Assembly (NCBI GenBank): GCA_965645245.1
Contig: OZ287082.1
Span: 248,001-312,000 of the forward strand
Direction of reading: 5' to 3'
Origin: Massalongia carnosa
Lineage: Eukaryota
DNA: 64,000 nucleotides
Under the pieces are notes generated by a model. It worked only from the letters and a program-made list of their open reading frames with translations, had not been told where the DNA came from and did not search any database. Made by a program: the position numbers and the translations under genes. Positions within the stretch are counted from its first letter, which is position 1. Each line of letters starts with the position of its first letter. Below, one piece after another: positions 1-13,700 of the stretch.

Positions 1-3000
1 ATGAATGGCCACAGCATCTCTGACTCCTCGTTATTGAGGTAAGCTCGAGCTGGCTCCTGAGAATGGTTATACTGCTTGGAAGGGTAAACAATACACACGA
101 TCTTCCTTGACGGCCTCATGACCTTGGACTCTATCGCCGCAGCGAAATCTTGAAATTCGGGAAACCCATTGAAAAGATCCTCTAGCCAAAACATCGCCGA
201 GCAGCTGAACTCAATATTGTACATCTTCACCTGGAATTGTGCAAAATTAAACGTTGGTTGGTTAGATAGGTCGATCATGTACCGGAAATTGATGTTTGCA
301 CCTTGAGCGATTAAGGCTTTAGTGGTTTTCCAAATATCATCTAAAGTGACTCGATGATCGTTGTGATCAAGATGAGTTGAGCAGTGGATTCCAAACAGGG
401 TGCGCAGTAAAGGGTCGAGAAGCGGACCAATGTAATTGACCGAATTGAGTCTGGCTGAAAGAAATTTAGAGTCCTTCCATGTGAGAAACATTAAGAAATC
501 CAGCCACTTGCCCCAGAAACAAGAACGGTAGGGAAAGTCTGCTAGTCCGAACAAGCCCTCGGCCGGCTTGACTTGCACCATGGGATTCGCGCCTGCCTTT
601 AGGAGGACTCGGACAAAAGTGAGGTTAGCTGCAGGGTTGATTTGCATGTTAAGTGGATGACAACAAGCAAGCAGATACGTCTCGGCTAGCGCATTGGAAT
701 CTACTTGGATCTCTGTCTGCTCGGCTACTTGGTCATTTCTTTTCCACTTGAGATGTTCGTTAAGCTGTTTGTGGTAGCCGGAAGGGTGCAATTGATGATT
801 GGTAGGAGGAACCCACGATAGGCTCTGAACGACGGTTCCATCGTTAGCATGTAATTCCCGAAGGCCATAGAAACTTGCAGGCTCGACAAGTGGGAGATCG
901 AGCACTTCGCAAACATATCGCACCACTCCAAAGTGTGCAGCCATACCGATTAGATCAATCAAGCCCTCACGCAAACGATGAGTTACAAAAAGGTCTAACG
1001 TCGAGCTCTGCCCTTGGAGTTTTGTGTCCGCTGTGATGCGGTGCTTCGGTATGAAGGAATAGGCATGCAACGATCGCATAAACTTCGCTTGAGCAGCGCC
1101 AACCAATTCTTCTATTATCGATACTTGGAGCATTACATATTGCAGGGGCAAGTATACTGAGAACATGAAACTAAAACGCTCGAGAGGCTCGCCGTCTTTC
1201 TGGGAGAAATAAACCAGGTGAGCAAATGTCCCTCGGGCAATAGAAAGGCGTAGATGTTGCTCCAAAATCCCTGTATTAGCCATAAATACTTTTGCTGCTG
1301 CGTTGTGTAAGAGAAAATCTCGGACAGTTCTATGATGGACTTGAACTTTAGTGAATCCGATCTGGTCATAATTTTCTTTCCCAAAATACGGATAATTTTC
1401 TTTCCGAAGATTCGACTCATCAATCTCTTCGGATGGCGTAAGGTCCAACAGTCCTACAGTGTGAGAGAGCAATCGGGTCTTTAGATCATGACAAGCTTTG
1501 ACTATCTCATGCGCATCAATTCCATCATAGGCTAAAGGTAAATCTTCGACTACTCGCTGTGAATCTATAAAGTATAGCTTATAGAGATCTAGACTAGACG
1601 AATTTGGAACCGGAAACTGCTGACATAGAACAATCTGGATGAGTCTTGCAGCTTCTCGTCGATATGCAGGCTTTATCCGATCGAGCATCTTTATGTAAAG
1701 ACTGTCTACTCCAGCAGGGAGCTCTTCTATCGCTCGTGCAAGCTCGTGCAAGTCGGCAAAATCCTGCAAGCCATCGCGAACATCCCTAATGGCAATGACA
1801 ACCCAAAGGAACACCCCTTCCGCCCGCCTCACTATCTTGTGTAATAAATCGTTGGCTTTTTCCTGGTTATTCGAGTCGCTTGAGAATCGCTGCTGGATCA
1901 AGTCCATGAGCTGACCATGAGCGTACGCATTAATGCTGTCGGATGTCATATCCTGTAACCTCAAACCTGGCTTGTCGGCGAATGCTTTCTCGAAATCCAA
2001 TAGCGGCCTGCTAGATAGACAGATCTTAACATGGGCTTGGTTGGCCAGGCTGTTGACTGCCTCGATAACAGCATTGTATCGTCCATCAAACTCGTCTAGA
2101 CCGTCAATGAACATACAAATAGCAAGCGGGATTTTTTCCTGGGTCAATAGAGTGACAAATTCGTTTAAGAGACGCGTCTCATTCCAACTGTGCAACGGCT
2201 CGTTCTACGTTGTAATTAGAGAGGCACTATAAGGGCTTTAGATGCGAGATATCTAGCTCACCTTGAAGCAAGCAATCAGCTCGGAACACTCCTCCAGCAT
2301 TTGATAGATTATTGATCGGAGGAGGCCATCTACAGTCTTTTGCTGGCGAGTACCCGCATTCCAGAAAAAGAATGTGGGAGTCAGTAGCCGCCTTTCGGCA
2401 CTCCACTGTTTGAGAAGCTCATCTTTTCGATTATGATTACAAATGTAATTCATAAGAGTCGACTTGCCCGAGCCAGCCTTGCCGTTGATCCAGTAAACTG
2501 CATTCCCAGATCTCAGCCATTCTGAAAAGTTGCTCCAACGTTGTTTCTGTTGAAACTCGTCAAAGACCCAATTATAACTATCTTCTATCCCGTCAAATTC
2601 CTTCTCGATTTGTGCTTGACGGGAAGTTATGTCGGGGTAGAATAGGCTTCTGATGACATCTTGATACAAGCGCTCATTTATGTGAAGCTGCACTAGACGA
2701 TCGAATCCTGCAGTGATAGATTGACGAGTTTGCTCTGACTCCTGCACGACAAGTGTGGAGAGATCTGTTTGCGATCTAGCGAGACATGTGATAATGTGCT
2801 TTAGACTTTGATCTAGATCGATAAAGCGTTCATTGGCGCTCAAGCTTTGAACGTCAAACCGTTTGCTAGAAGCTCAGGTCAGTAATGGCTCTAGGTTAGT
2901 TTTAAATATCTAAATTGGTGAAGAACATTGTTTGAAGAGAATTGATAACATCAGAAGGGTTCCGATAGTGCTGAGATCTAGTCTTTGCTGATCTTAAAAA

Positions 3001-3865
3001 ATTTTAAAGGCTTGATAGACCCATTCATAAGCACTTCCGCCAATGGATGGGAAGTATGCAAAGGAATTTGCTTGTCCCTGAGCGCATTTACACACCAAAA
3101 TCGTGGTAATACACCTATCTTCAATGATTCTTAGTTCATTGTCGCTTGTTGTTTGATGGAGTGCCGTTTACAGTATGCCAAAGGTACTCTATAGCGATCC
3201 GACACATTTTTCCCAACCAATTTCTTTCGTTATGACGAGCGTGCTATCCATTTGTAAGGGGTCATATAGAAGTGCCCATCAAGCCAAAGTAGGCGGCAAC
3301 GGACTCTTTGTACAATAGGGCCGATCGCCGCAAATAAGAAAGTGCTGGCAGTCGAGATCCAGAGCAAAAGGCATCCAAGTCCACCACAAAGAGAGCAACT
3401 AATGACAGGAACGAGCAGAAAATCTCACCTGAGTCGACAGAGTAATGAGGTCTCTAACGTCTTTGTATAGGTACCCAATTGCTCTTGTATCTTCATGATG
3501 CTACTCTTTTTCAAGATTGAGCGAGCAGCTATACGCGCAGTTTCTAGAGCTGATGCCTGCGGTCGCGCTCGTAACTTGCGAAGTTCATACTGTAGTTTAT
3601 TGGCGCAATCCTCGCATTTACGTCCAAGGTCTACAAGGTCCTTTTCTTCCTTCGATAGCGCATCGGATTTCGTCCGTGAATGATACAGTGACTGCTGGAG
3701 TGAGCTGGTGAGGCTAGCTAGTTGACCTGCTACGTAGTCTGCATCAATATTTTCGCTCGTAAAGCCTTGCCGATAGATCTGCAGACAGATTTCAGCAGCG
3801 CTGATACCGAACTGTACGAGCTGTACGACTGATGCCGCAAGACCGATGCCTGTAATGGGATCCAT
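1..3865 (-). CDS. NLR-like STAND protein: fungal N-terminal HeLo/SesA-like domain + NACHT NTPase + helical C-terminal region; 3 exons (3865-3429, 2865-2262, 2204-<1), runs off the window
   Basis: N-terminus MDPITGIGLAASVVQLVQFG is typical of fungal STAND N-terminal domains. Walker A WINGKAGSGKSTLM, FFFWNAG, Walker B MFIDGLDEFDG, KICLSSRP and AEGVFLWV read manually. Introns 3428-2866 (GTGAGA..CTGAC..TAG) and 2261-2205 (GTGAGC..CTAAT..TAG). Exon 3 read open to position 1. Confidence 0.88.
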
Positions 3866-4123
3866 GATGAACTGCTGAGCAATGTTGACTGTTGATGTTA
3901 GCCTGTGTTAGCCTGTGTTAGCCTGTTTTAGCCTAACAAGATTGGGTCAGGCGACTGCGATTAGTTATTCTACCCAATTAGGCTAGCTTGAATTTTAGGA
4001 GTTCAGGTAAAATCTCTGCAGATAGTAAACAAATGAACTATCCCTTCTAAATATTCGTATCATGCACCAAGGTGATTAATTCTCCCTCCAATATTGACAG
4101 AAGAGGCCTATTGACGCGAGGAC

Positions 4124-4242
4124 TGTTAAATAAACAGTTGACGGCATAATGTTGAAATTACTACGGAGGTGACTGCTTATAGCAGTCATGGCAGCCTGCA
4201 GGGCTGAGCTAGAACTAATGGGGCTAAGCGAGTATTCCAACA
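4124..4242 (-). mobile_element. Solo LTR (119 bp) of the TRIM-like family found at 35759-36648
   Basis: TG...CA ends, flanked by AGGAC at 4119-4123 and 4243-4247. Reverse complement of the LTRs at 35759-35877 and 36530-36648. Confidence 0.95.
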
Positions 4243-5248
4243 AGGACTGCATGGGAAGTGAAAGGCTGTTGAACGTATGTACTCGTAATACCGAGTTCGG
4301 CAGCACCCCGCGATCGTGTCAGACTTGCATACATCGTAGATAAGGTCGGATAAACTCTCATTACGGCTGACGACTTCCAAAAAGACAATTTGAGATGTAT
4401 TAGATTAACATTAAGCGTGAAAGACTTTACATATATTGAAGAATCTTGAACATGTCACATTTCTTACCAAGGCTGTGGAAGTTTGTTAACCAAAATGGAT
4501 CGATGAGCAGAGAAGTCGGGACTTGATCTTGCTTCACTTTTTTTATTTTTTATATGATTTAAATTCTTCGGCGGATGCTAGACTGAAGAGGATTGAATAG
4601 ACGGCATGCTGCAAAAGAGCTATGAAATAGCTTTAAATCAACGTTTACTGAAAACTATTTGACCGAATATACACCCAGAACCTCGTTATCTGGATTCAAA
4701 TGCTTTGCAGTAGGATGCATCCGATCCCAACATCATACTTTCTGACCAGTGTTTGCGCGATAGACTGTGAGTTCAAGATGATCAAAACCGTTCCTGAACT
4801 CTTCTTCCATGCAGATATTATCGATGTCATGATCACTAACCACCGCCCCTCTGTCGCCGGATGCTCCTCCTTGATTTGTCACTAGAATGTCCGAGATGCT
4901 CTTGGCGTAAAGCACCATGGTATTGTCGTCAGTCAGTGGATTCCTTGATGTCGAAGGCCTTGCGTCGCCACTGATAATCCCGCGGTTGGAAATAGGCCCC
5001 AGTTCGCCGGATGCTTCGTCCAGCGTCCTTTCGCGAATTTCCTCGCGTCATCGAGAAGCCTTCACTCAAGGTGCCCGCTACGTAGTGAGAATTGCACGAG
5101 AAGACTCGGGACAGTCCCCCCCCCATCCCCCCAGCGAAAATCATTGCAAATTTACAAGCCACCTCCCCATACTAAATATGTGCACGTCCACCGTCTCTCC
5201 GCAAGCTTCCTCTAGCTGATTTAGCTTAGCCTTGCATTCTGAAAAATC

Positions 5249-8200
5249 TGTTAAAACGGCAATCGATGCCAAGTACCGAAACCAGCTGACAAAGCAATTT
5301 GCATCTACCTCGTCAAGGAAAGGCTTGTGGCGGTGGCAAATTTGTATGAAGTCAGAAATCGCATCGGAAGCGGGAACCGATGAGATGGGAATGGAAGCTG
5401 CTGGAATCGCTGGGGGACGGGCATAAATAGGAGCAATTTTACCTTACGTAGTGGTAGAAAGTCAATTGTTTCTCCCAGTTTGTTTTGCATGTGCAAGAAC
5501 TCGTTTGTCGAACTAGTCATATCAATTGCCCAGTGCTACCATTCCGCCTGTTGCAGTCACAGTTCCAACAGGTTATGAGCCCGGTCAGCTAGACTGAGTG
5601 ATTGATTTGTTCCACCAAACCCCCACCCCAGAAACGATTCCGATGGAGTCCACGCCAGAGAGCACCACTGGGGGCCGTGAAGGTCGGGCGACCGAGTCGC
5701 CGTTCACTACCATCGAAAGGGAGGGCGGCAGGTCGATGTCGCCCGGTGGTGTCAGAAATAGGCAACCACCTCAGGTGTTGGATAACACCTATCTGAAGGG
5801 TCTCTTGAAGGGAGACATAAAAGTTACCAAGCTGAACAGGGACAACTATCAATCTTGGGCCAGGAACATGAGAATATCCCTCGATTCCAAGCTGCTATGG
5901 GACCTGGTGAAGGGGACCATACCAGAACCTGATGTAAGGATCAGACCGAACGACCACCTGGCATGGTGGATCGACAACAACCACGCCAAGATGTGGATCA
6001 ACAACAACTTGGAAGAAGATCAACAGACACACTGCAGTGAGGAGGAGAGATACGCCCACAATATCTGGATGACGTTATACAAAATACACGGGGTGGATAG
6101 TCAGGGTCGAATGATGATGCTGAAAAGAAATTTTTACACGTACAAGGCCAGAACGGATGAGACCATTGACGACATAGCTAGCGAACTAATCCGAATCCGG
6201 TTACTTATTCGGAACATTCGATCATCCGAGGCACCCAGTGATTTTGATTTGGCCATGTGTTTAATGAACGCGGTCGACCACGAACAGTATGAGTTCGTTA
6301 AACTACACCTCGAGGAAGATAACAACCTCACTCTCGAATACGCAAAGCAGCAACTAAGAACGGTCGAGCAAAAAATCGTTGATAAGGGACAGAAGGAAAT
6401 TGCTAACAAGGTTCTCACCACTTTGCATGGTTTGTGTTTTCACTGTCACAAGCCCGGGCATTTCAAGACCGAGTGCCCTGAATGGCTGAAGACTGACGCT
6501 GGAAAAGCATTCAGCGAGAGGAAAGCAAAAGAAGGTAGCAAAGAAGGTGAAGAAGGCACCAAGGCAAATAAGTCCGAAAACGGCAGCGGAGCACCCCCTC
6601 GGAAAAAGCCCGGAAAGGCAAAGCATAGGCGGAAGGGAAATGCTCGACAAGCTCAAGAAGAGCAGGAAAATGAGGCCTCGGAGTCGGAAGATGACGAAGA
6701 GATAGGCTTCATGGTAAAGGAATGGAACGGGAGGAGTGAAGAAATCCTGAAGACAGAGGTCTCGGAAGAAATCCTGGAGACAGTGGTCTCGGACGAAAAC
6801 CTGGAGACGGTGGTCTCGGATAAGGCCAGGAAGGCGGAAATCTTCATTAAAACTCCTCGGGGTGACAGAGATTTGGGCAGGTGGATTATCGACTCAGGGG
6901 CGAGTCGGCACATGACGCCCGACAGGAAACTGTTCACCAAGTTCCGGAATATGCTAACCAGTGTCACCATTGCAGATGGGACAAAGCTATCGTCGCCTGG
7001 AAGGGGTGACATCAGTGTGGACCTTGGAGGAAAGAAGGTCCGGATGGAAAATGTTCTGTGGGTACCTCGGCTTGATTCGAATTTGCTGTCCATAAGGGCT
7101 CTGAATCGGAAAGGGCTCAGCATTCTTTTCCGCCCAGAAGGGGTGGAAATCACCAGAGACGGTACCTCAGTCGCCACCGGTTTCTTTAAGGGCAACATGT
7201 TTCTACTCCGAAACTCGGAAATTGCATTGGAAACTGGAGTGCATGAAGACCAGGAAAAACAGGAAGAACAGGAAGTTCCGCAGGAAGTCCAGGGTCGGGA
7301 CTCAGCGAAGCGAGCCAAGGGCAGGACCGAGTAAGTCGAAGTCAGAACAGGCTAAAATAAGCGCATATTTACTCTGGTACTCTCGACTGGGGCACGTCAG
7401 CGCTCAAAGGATTCAACTTTTGTCCAAGAAAATTCCGGAAGCAGGGAAAGCAATGGTCATTGAAGGCACCCCTTTATCTTTCTTTGACAAGGTGGAGTGC
7501 TCAGTTTGTAACTATACTAAGATGACCAGGGCCGTTTACCGCGTACCTCCTCGCCGAGTTGATAGGAAACTAGGGAGGGTATATAGCGATGTTTGGGGGC
7601 CGTATCGAATAACTAGCCTGAACGGCTATCGATACTTCATCAACTTTGTGGACGAGCTCACCAGGAAATCCTGGTTGGAGCTCATGAAAAGTCGAAAGGA
7701 AGTCTAGGGAAAAGTACTAGAATAGAAGAAGGTGGCAGAAGTGGACTCAGGTGAAACTCTCGCCAAACTACGAACTGACAATGCAAAGGAGTTCGAGCAC
7801 ATGGCGAATGACCTCAGAAAGGAGGGGGTCATCATGGAATTTACTACCCCACACACACCGGAAGAAAACGGCATGGCTGAACGATTAAATCGAACCATCA
7901 TCCAGATGGCTCGAGCTATGCTACATTGGGCCGAACTACCGAAGACCTTCTGGGGGGAAGCAGCTAAGACAGCAAACTACCTCCGAAACGTGCTTCCATT
8001 GGCCAACAATCAGCCTTCACCAGATGAACAATGGTATGGTTATGCACCTGCCATCGACCACATTCGAACCTTTGGGTGTTTAGTGCATGCGCATGTACCA
8101 AGCGCTAGCAGAGCTAAACTAGATCGGGTATCGTTCCAGGGGATTTTCGTTGGCTACCATTCGCATCACCAATTTAGGATTTATAATCCAAATTCTCGAC

Positions 8201-10724
8201 GAATCGAAAGGCACACCTCAGTAAAATTTCTGGAAGACACACATGGAGGCACCCTTCTAAAATCACCCACTAGGCCTGAACAGTGGGGGTCTGACCAGAG
8301 CAATGATGATGATTCAGACGACTCCGACCAGAACGAGTCTAGCCAATCACATCACAGTCCCTCATCTGGCCCTATAGGAAGAATAACACATGGACAATCT
8401 CCCGGAGAAGACGTTCCCGGAGCTGTGGGAGATAGAGAAGTTTTCTCCACGACTGACCCAAATAACACTGACAAAAGAGCAGACGTGCTCCCAAACGCAC
8501 CAAAAACAGGTGCAACTCGGAGCAACAATGCTCCAAAATCAAAAAGTGATGGGAAAATCTCGGTCCAAAAATCCAAACCGAAAGGGAGGGAAATTGAACA
8601 ACCAATTAACGTAGCACACGGGCAACTAAGCCGTATGACCGTTATGCTTTTGAAAAAGAACAGGGCCGTTCAGCAATCACCAGTTCAAAGGACCTTCAAA
8701 AAATTCAGAAAATATCTGAACCCCAATCATTCCAGGAGGCCATTCAGTGTCAATACAAACGCTGGTGGTTAATATCCATTAAAGATGAACTAGGTGCACT
8801 AACAGCAAACGGCACATGGGAAATTGTGCGACTACCACCCGGCCGAAGGGCAATCACCTCCAAATGGGTGTTCAAGGTGAAATACACCCCCACCGGCCTG
8901 ATCGACCGATTTAAAGCAAGGCTAGTCGCTCGAGGATTCACCCAGATGTATGGTTTCGACTATGAGGAAACCTTTGCACCCACACTAAGGATGGAGTCTC
9001 TCCGCATGCTATTCTCATTGGCTATTCGTTTCGGTTTGCATGTTGAACAAATGGACGTACCAAACGCCTATCTTCGAGGTAGTTTGGACGAAGAGGTTTA
9101 CATGGAAATTCCTGAAGGACTAGACCTACCCCCTGACACCCCAAAAGGTATGGTACCACGCCTTTTGAAAGGACTATATGGCCTGAAACAATCCGGTCGA
9201 ATCTGGAATAAGAAAGTAAGAACCTTCTTGATTTCGATCGGTTTCAGCCAATTAACAGCCGACAATTGTGTTTTCATCAATCATCCAACAAACGTCATAA
9301 TATCACTATATGTCGATGACCTGCTAATTTTCTCTAAGACAATGGGGCCCATCAACTCCGTCAAGAAACAACTGCATAAGGAATATAACATGAAGGACCT
9401 AGGCCCAGTTAAGCAAATCCTAGGCATTCGTTTCCGGAGGGAAGACGACCGATTGGCCCTTGACCAGACCCAATATATTGACAATTTTCTGAAAGAATAT
9501 CAAATGGACGAAGCACGGACCGTACAGACCCCAATTGACGGGTATGAAGCCCTAACACCTGCTCGGCCCGAAGAGGAGCGAGCCAATCAACTGGCATACC
9601 AGAAACGGATCGGTAGTGTTATGTATGCTATGATCGGCACTAGACCTGATATCGCTTTCGCCGTTGGAAAATTGAGCCAGTTCAGTCATGATCCGACTAC
9701 TCGACACATGAATGCATTAAATCGAGTACTCCGCTATCTGAAGGGAACTGCTGACCTAGCGTTAATATACGAGTCTGACACTGCATTTAGCACCCCAATA
9801 TGCTATGCAGATGCAGCATACGGTGACGAAAAAGTGGATAGAAAATCCACTTATGGCACAACAATGATGATGGGAAACGGGGCGGTCATGTGGACTAGCA
9901 AGAAACAACGAACCACATCGACCTCCACAACTGAGGCTGAGTACGTAGCCCTATGTTACGCAAGCAAGGACATCGTCTGGGCGACCAGATGGATAAAAGA
10001 ACTGAGGTTCAAGGATGTCCTTACCGAACCAATGGTGCTGGCTGGAGACAACAAAGGTAGCCACACCTGATCAAAAACCCCGAACATCACAGCCGGACAA
10101 AGCACATTGATGTCCAATATCATTACATTCGGGAGGTCATTGAAGATGGAACCGCTATCATAAAGTATGTCCCTACCAAAGAGATGGTAGCAGACATCTT
10201 TACCAAGCCACTGACCCCAGCAACCTTCAATGACCTGCGAGGCAGGCTAGGTCTAAGGGAATGGTAGGAAGGTAGGCTAGCTTTTCAGCTACCCCGTCTC
10301 ATTGGATAGAAGGACCAATGGACATGCACAATGGAGGTTTCATTTGTCACCACTTTCTTTTTAGTTAAAAGGGAGTCCATCAGCTACTTTCGGAGTGGGA
10401 GTGTTAAAACGGCAACCGATGCCAAGTACCGAAACCAGCTGACAAAGCAATTTGCATCTACACTCGGCAAGGAAAGGCTTGTGGCGGTGGCAAATTTGTA
10501 TGAAGTCAGAAATCGCATCGGAAGCGGGAACCGATGAGATGGAAATGGAAGCTTCTGGAATCGCTGGTGGACGGGCATAAATAGGAGCAGTTTTACCCTA
10601 CGTAGTGGTAGAAAGTCAATCCTTTCTCCCAGTTTGTTTTGCATGTGCAAGAACTAGTTTGTCGAACTAGTCATATCAACTGCCCAGTGCTACCATTCCG
10701 CCTGTTGCAGTCACAGTTCCAACA
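5249..10724 (+). mobile_element. Ty1/Copia LTR retrotransposon A, full length but defective
   Basis: LTRs 5249-5570 and 10402-10724 with about a dozen differences. TSD AAATC. PBS GGTTATGAGCCC at 5571. PPT GGAGTGGGAG before the 3' LTR. Domain order gag-PR-IN-RT-RH. Confidence 0.96.
5598..10267 (+). pseudogene. gag-pol: Copia A gag-pol polyprotein with frameshifts and stops
   Basis: Zinc knuckle CFHCHKPGHFKTEC, protease WIIDSGASRHM, integrase LRTDNAKEF/ENGMAERLNRT, RT LYVDDLL, RNase H YADA. Split across ORFs 5598-7334, 7222-7707, 7732-8772, 8826-10070 and a final frame to 10267. Confidence 0.93.
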
Positions 10725-13700
10725 AAATCCTCATCTATTCATACTACTACTATTACTACTACTCCTACCACTTATTGCGATGATCTTAATTCCGAAAATG
10801 TATTACTTAATTGCGAAACATAATCCTTTCTAGGCTTCATAGTCTTAGCAACCTTTCTTGCAGCTGCGTTTTTCCTCTCCTCAGCCCTTGCTTGTTTGGC
10901 CGCTTGGTCGGCCCTCTGCTGAGACTCCAACTCCAACTGAGCCTTCGATTTTTTGGCTACCACACTCCGTGACCCTCGTGTTGATGTTGCAGACGATGTG
11001 GATGGTGTCTGGCTAGCGCGGATGTTTTTCGACTTAGGCTATAAAGGGAAGGAGCTTTTGAAGAGGGAATTGTTTGGGAAAGAGCCTTTTGGCTATATTT
11101 CGCCAGCACTTCATCAATATCTTCAAATGAATCGGAAGAAGATGCCGGGATGGAGGGATAAAACCATATTCTCATTCAGAGGGAGTGGAGGATCGGGGGT
11201 AGGCTGAGTTGCTATATATTGCAGGTCATCGTCGTCAGATACGATGATAGCATCTCCGGAATTTATACCGAATATTAGCCGCGCTACATCGATCGATTTG
11301 CTGATATCGCGGGTTTTTTATCACTAATCATATCCTTGTCTTCATCACCTGCCCGCAATTCATCCTCATGCCTTCCTTTCCTTACTTCTTCAATCGAGTC
11401 CTTACGTTTAGCACGTCGCTGCTTAGCTTCATTTGCCTCAGCTGCCTCACGGCCAGTGTAAGCCCGCCGGCGACTCCCACTCTTTTTATACATGAGGTTG
11501 TCCTTCGGTCAGATTTCGTCGGAGAAAGTTGTAGGGATAAGTGGCCTCCCCAGCTCCTTATCCTGCCATTTTTTATTGAAAATAGCAGTGAGTTTGGCGA
11601 ATTCACGAGCGTATCCCTCCCTTCTATGCACATTTTCTATTGATTTACGGAAATCAATAGATTGATGTGCGGCCGCATGCAGCAAATAATCACCCCCGCG
11701 ACGTAATCTATCCTCAGTATTATTGTCAACTACCTTCTCGATCTCCTCTTCCGGCTCAGATTCTTGTCTTTGTTGAGCATTCTCCCCCTCATCCGCCTCC
11801 TCATCCTGCTCTTCTGTGGTCTTCCTGTGAGCTGCTCTCCGAAACATCTCAGCGAAACTTATGGTGGGGTCGAAAACCATTCTCCACGAGATCACAAAAG
11901 GCGGGCCATCGAAAAATCAGCGGGGATGAATTAGGGAGATAGGTATGGGGATAACATTAATGACGCAATGATACAACTAGCATCTGCACGGAAGATCGTA
12001 TCGTGGAGGCAAATCACAATCATACATACAATCCTCATCGGTTGGTTCGATTAATGCAGTCCCTTCAACTTCAAAAGAAACCTCTTGATTGAAATCTTCT
12101 GCTAAAAGATTAGCTGCATCCAACTCTCTAGATATGAGGTCAATAGCATGATGAGTTATTAAACCTATAAGGTCTTTGAACGCACATCTATTCATTAGCC
12201 GGGGGTTGTTGATTCGTTGTGATATTTCGTAATCAATCTGAACCCTTTGCACTGTTTCGCATATTTTCCGTATCGAGTCTTTAATAGATGTATGCCTATT
12301 TGTCACATTCTTTACCAACGGATGCAAACCTTTCACCCTTTGTGTGTTATGTGCACCTAAATTAGAACTTTTTGGTGTATGCGGAAACAAACCGATAATT
12401 TGCCTAGGTATACAACGTTCTCAGCTAGAGGAAGAGACGGTAAATGCACTTAATTATTTAGTATGGGAGGTTGCTTGTAGCTAGTCCTAATTTGGAATGG
12501 TTTTCGCTGGGGGGACGGTGGGGGGACTGTCCCGTGTCTTCTCGAGAATTGCATAGTGAGGAATAATAAATAGACCAATGCTTTTAATCACCGCTCTCTT
12601 TCGTCGTGGGGTTTTAATTAAACTTACTTCGAGAAGTAGACATCGAATTCAAAACACCTTTCAACCTGTTATCGAAGACATCAATGTCAAGAAAATGACT
12701 GCAAAGCGGAACGTGAAGTATCCAAAGACACTCCATGAAACAAAATTGAAAAGCAAATAGTCATGGAAGTTTGTTCCGAAAGGGTGTAGAATTATGACGC
12801 CAAGATATGTAAACTGTCAGTCAGAAGAGCAAAGTGAAATGGGGTACGAGACCAGTAAGCTAATCACGAGCGACACTGATCTCGAAATGGGAAATGCTCA
12901 GCGTGAGAGGTGGACGATAGCTACTACGTGCTGGTCTCCGAGAGTATACGTGATCCAAAGAACTAATGGATGTGGAAGTGCTTAGACCAAGAGATCTCGT
13001 CCGAGACCCAAACGTAGGTTGTTCATAGAATAAAGACTAATTGCTAACGAATACTACAGGATTCGTTCTGGTATTTATCCTACTCACCCCAAGCCTATAG
13101 CCTTGGGAGCCTTGGAACCTTAGGAGCCTTTAATTCATTTCAAAAAGTGTAAAATATTAAATTTATCAACACAATAAAACTGAAAGAAGAAAGAAAAACG
13201 TCTGAAATTGAATCATACCAAAGATCTTGTGAAGAAGTGATGGATTCATTCAATCAGTAAAACGAGTTCTTGAATGAACATAACGAAAAATAGGAAAGCT
13301 TCCGTGAGTAAATCAAGTAGTACTTAATCGTGTGAGCATTGTGAATGACCCGATAACGTTACAATTGTTGAAAATCTCAGCGAAGCTTTTGTAAACGCAT
13401 AAGCAGATCGACTGTGACGATTCAATCAGAATGTGAAATTGACTATCTACTGGGAAGTTATGCACTAGAAAACATCAAAGATGCAAAAAGGAAACGAGCA
13501 AAAGGTGTCCTCTTCAGGGAGTCTATACAAATAATCGCTCGACTCGATCCAATTTCTTGTGTCTTTATCATTAAGTGATTAGTTTGATCAAACAGTCGTT
13601 CTGTTCTTTGTTTCTTTCAGTCATTTATGTTTGCTTAAAAAATTGTTTCGATGCGTCTTTTTCAGTTCTTTCAGATCTTCGTTGATTGTTTTTATGATTG

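Larger units (their letters stand above)
5097..12544 (-). mobile_element. Mutator/MULE DNA transposon family 1, internally deleted, interrupted by Copia A
   Basis: Long imperfect TIRs CGAGAAGAC..GGACAGTCCCCCCC / ..GGGACTGTCCCGTGTCTTCTCG. 9-bp TSD AGAATTGCA at 5088-5096 and 12545-12553. Transposase C-terminal remnants at 11284-12390 (NLGAHNTQRVKGLH; CMYDCDLPPRYDLPCRC). Confidence 0.85.

Noticed and set aside
2866..3428. Long 563-bp first intron of the NACHT gene as a hidden insertion or exon
   Set aside because: I found no TIR, LTR, TSD or convincing reading frame inside it.
3896..3937. TGTTAGCCTG x4 microrepeat upstream of the NACHT start
   Set aside because: Simple slippage repeat with no evidence of function.
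4690..5090. GC-balanced minus-strand fragment that may be a gene relic cut by the MULE
   Set aside because: Short broken frames with no motif I can assign.
6740..6822. 27-bp triplicated unit (EEILETVVS-like) in Copia A
   Set aside because: In-frame linker expansion between gag and protease, common in retroelements.
12815..13087. Possible solo LTR (TGTCAG...CTCA with AATAAA)
   Set aside because: No matching TSD and no second copy in the window.
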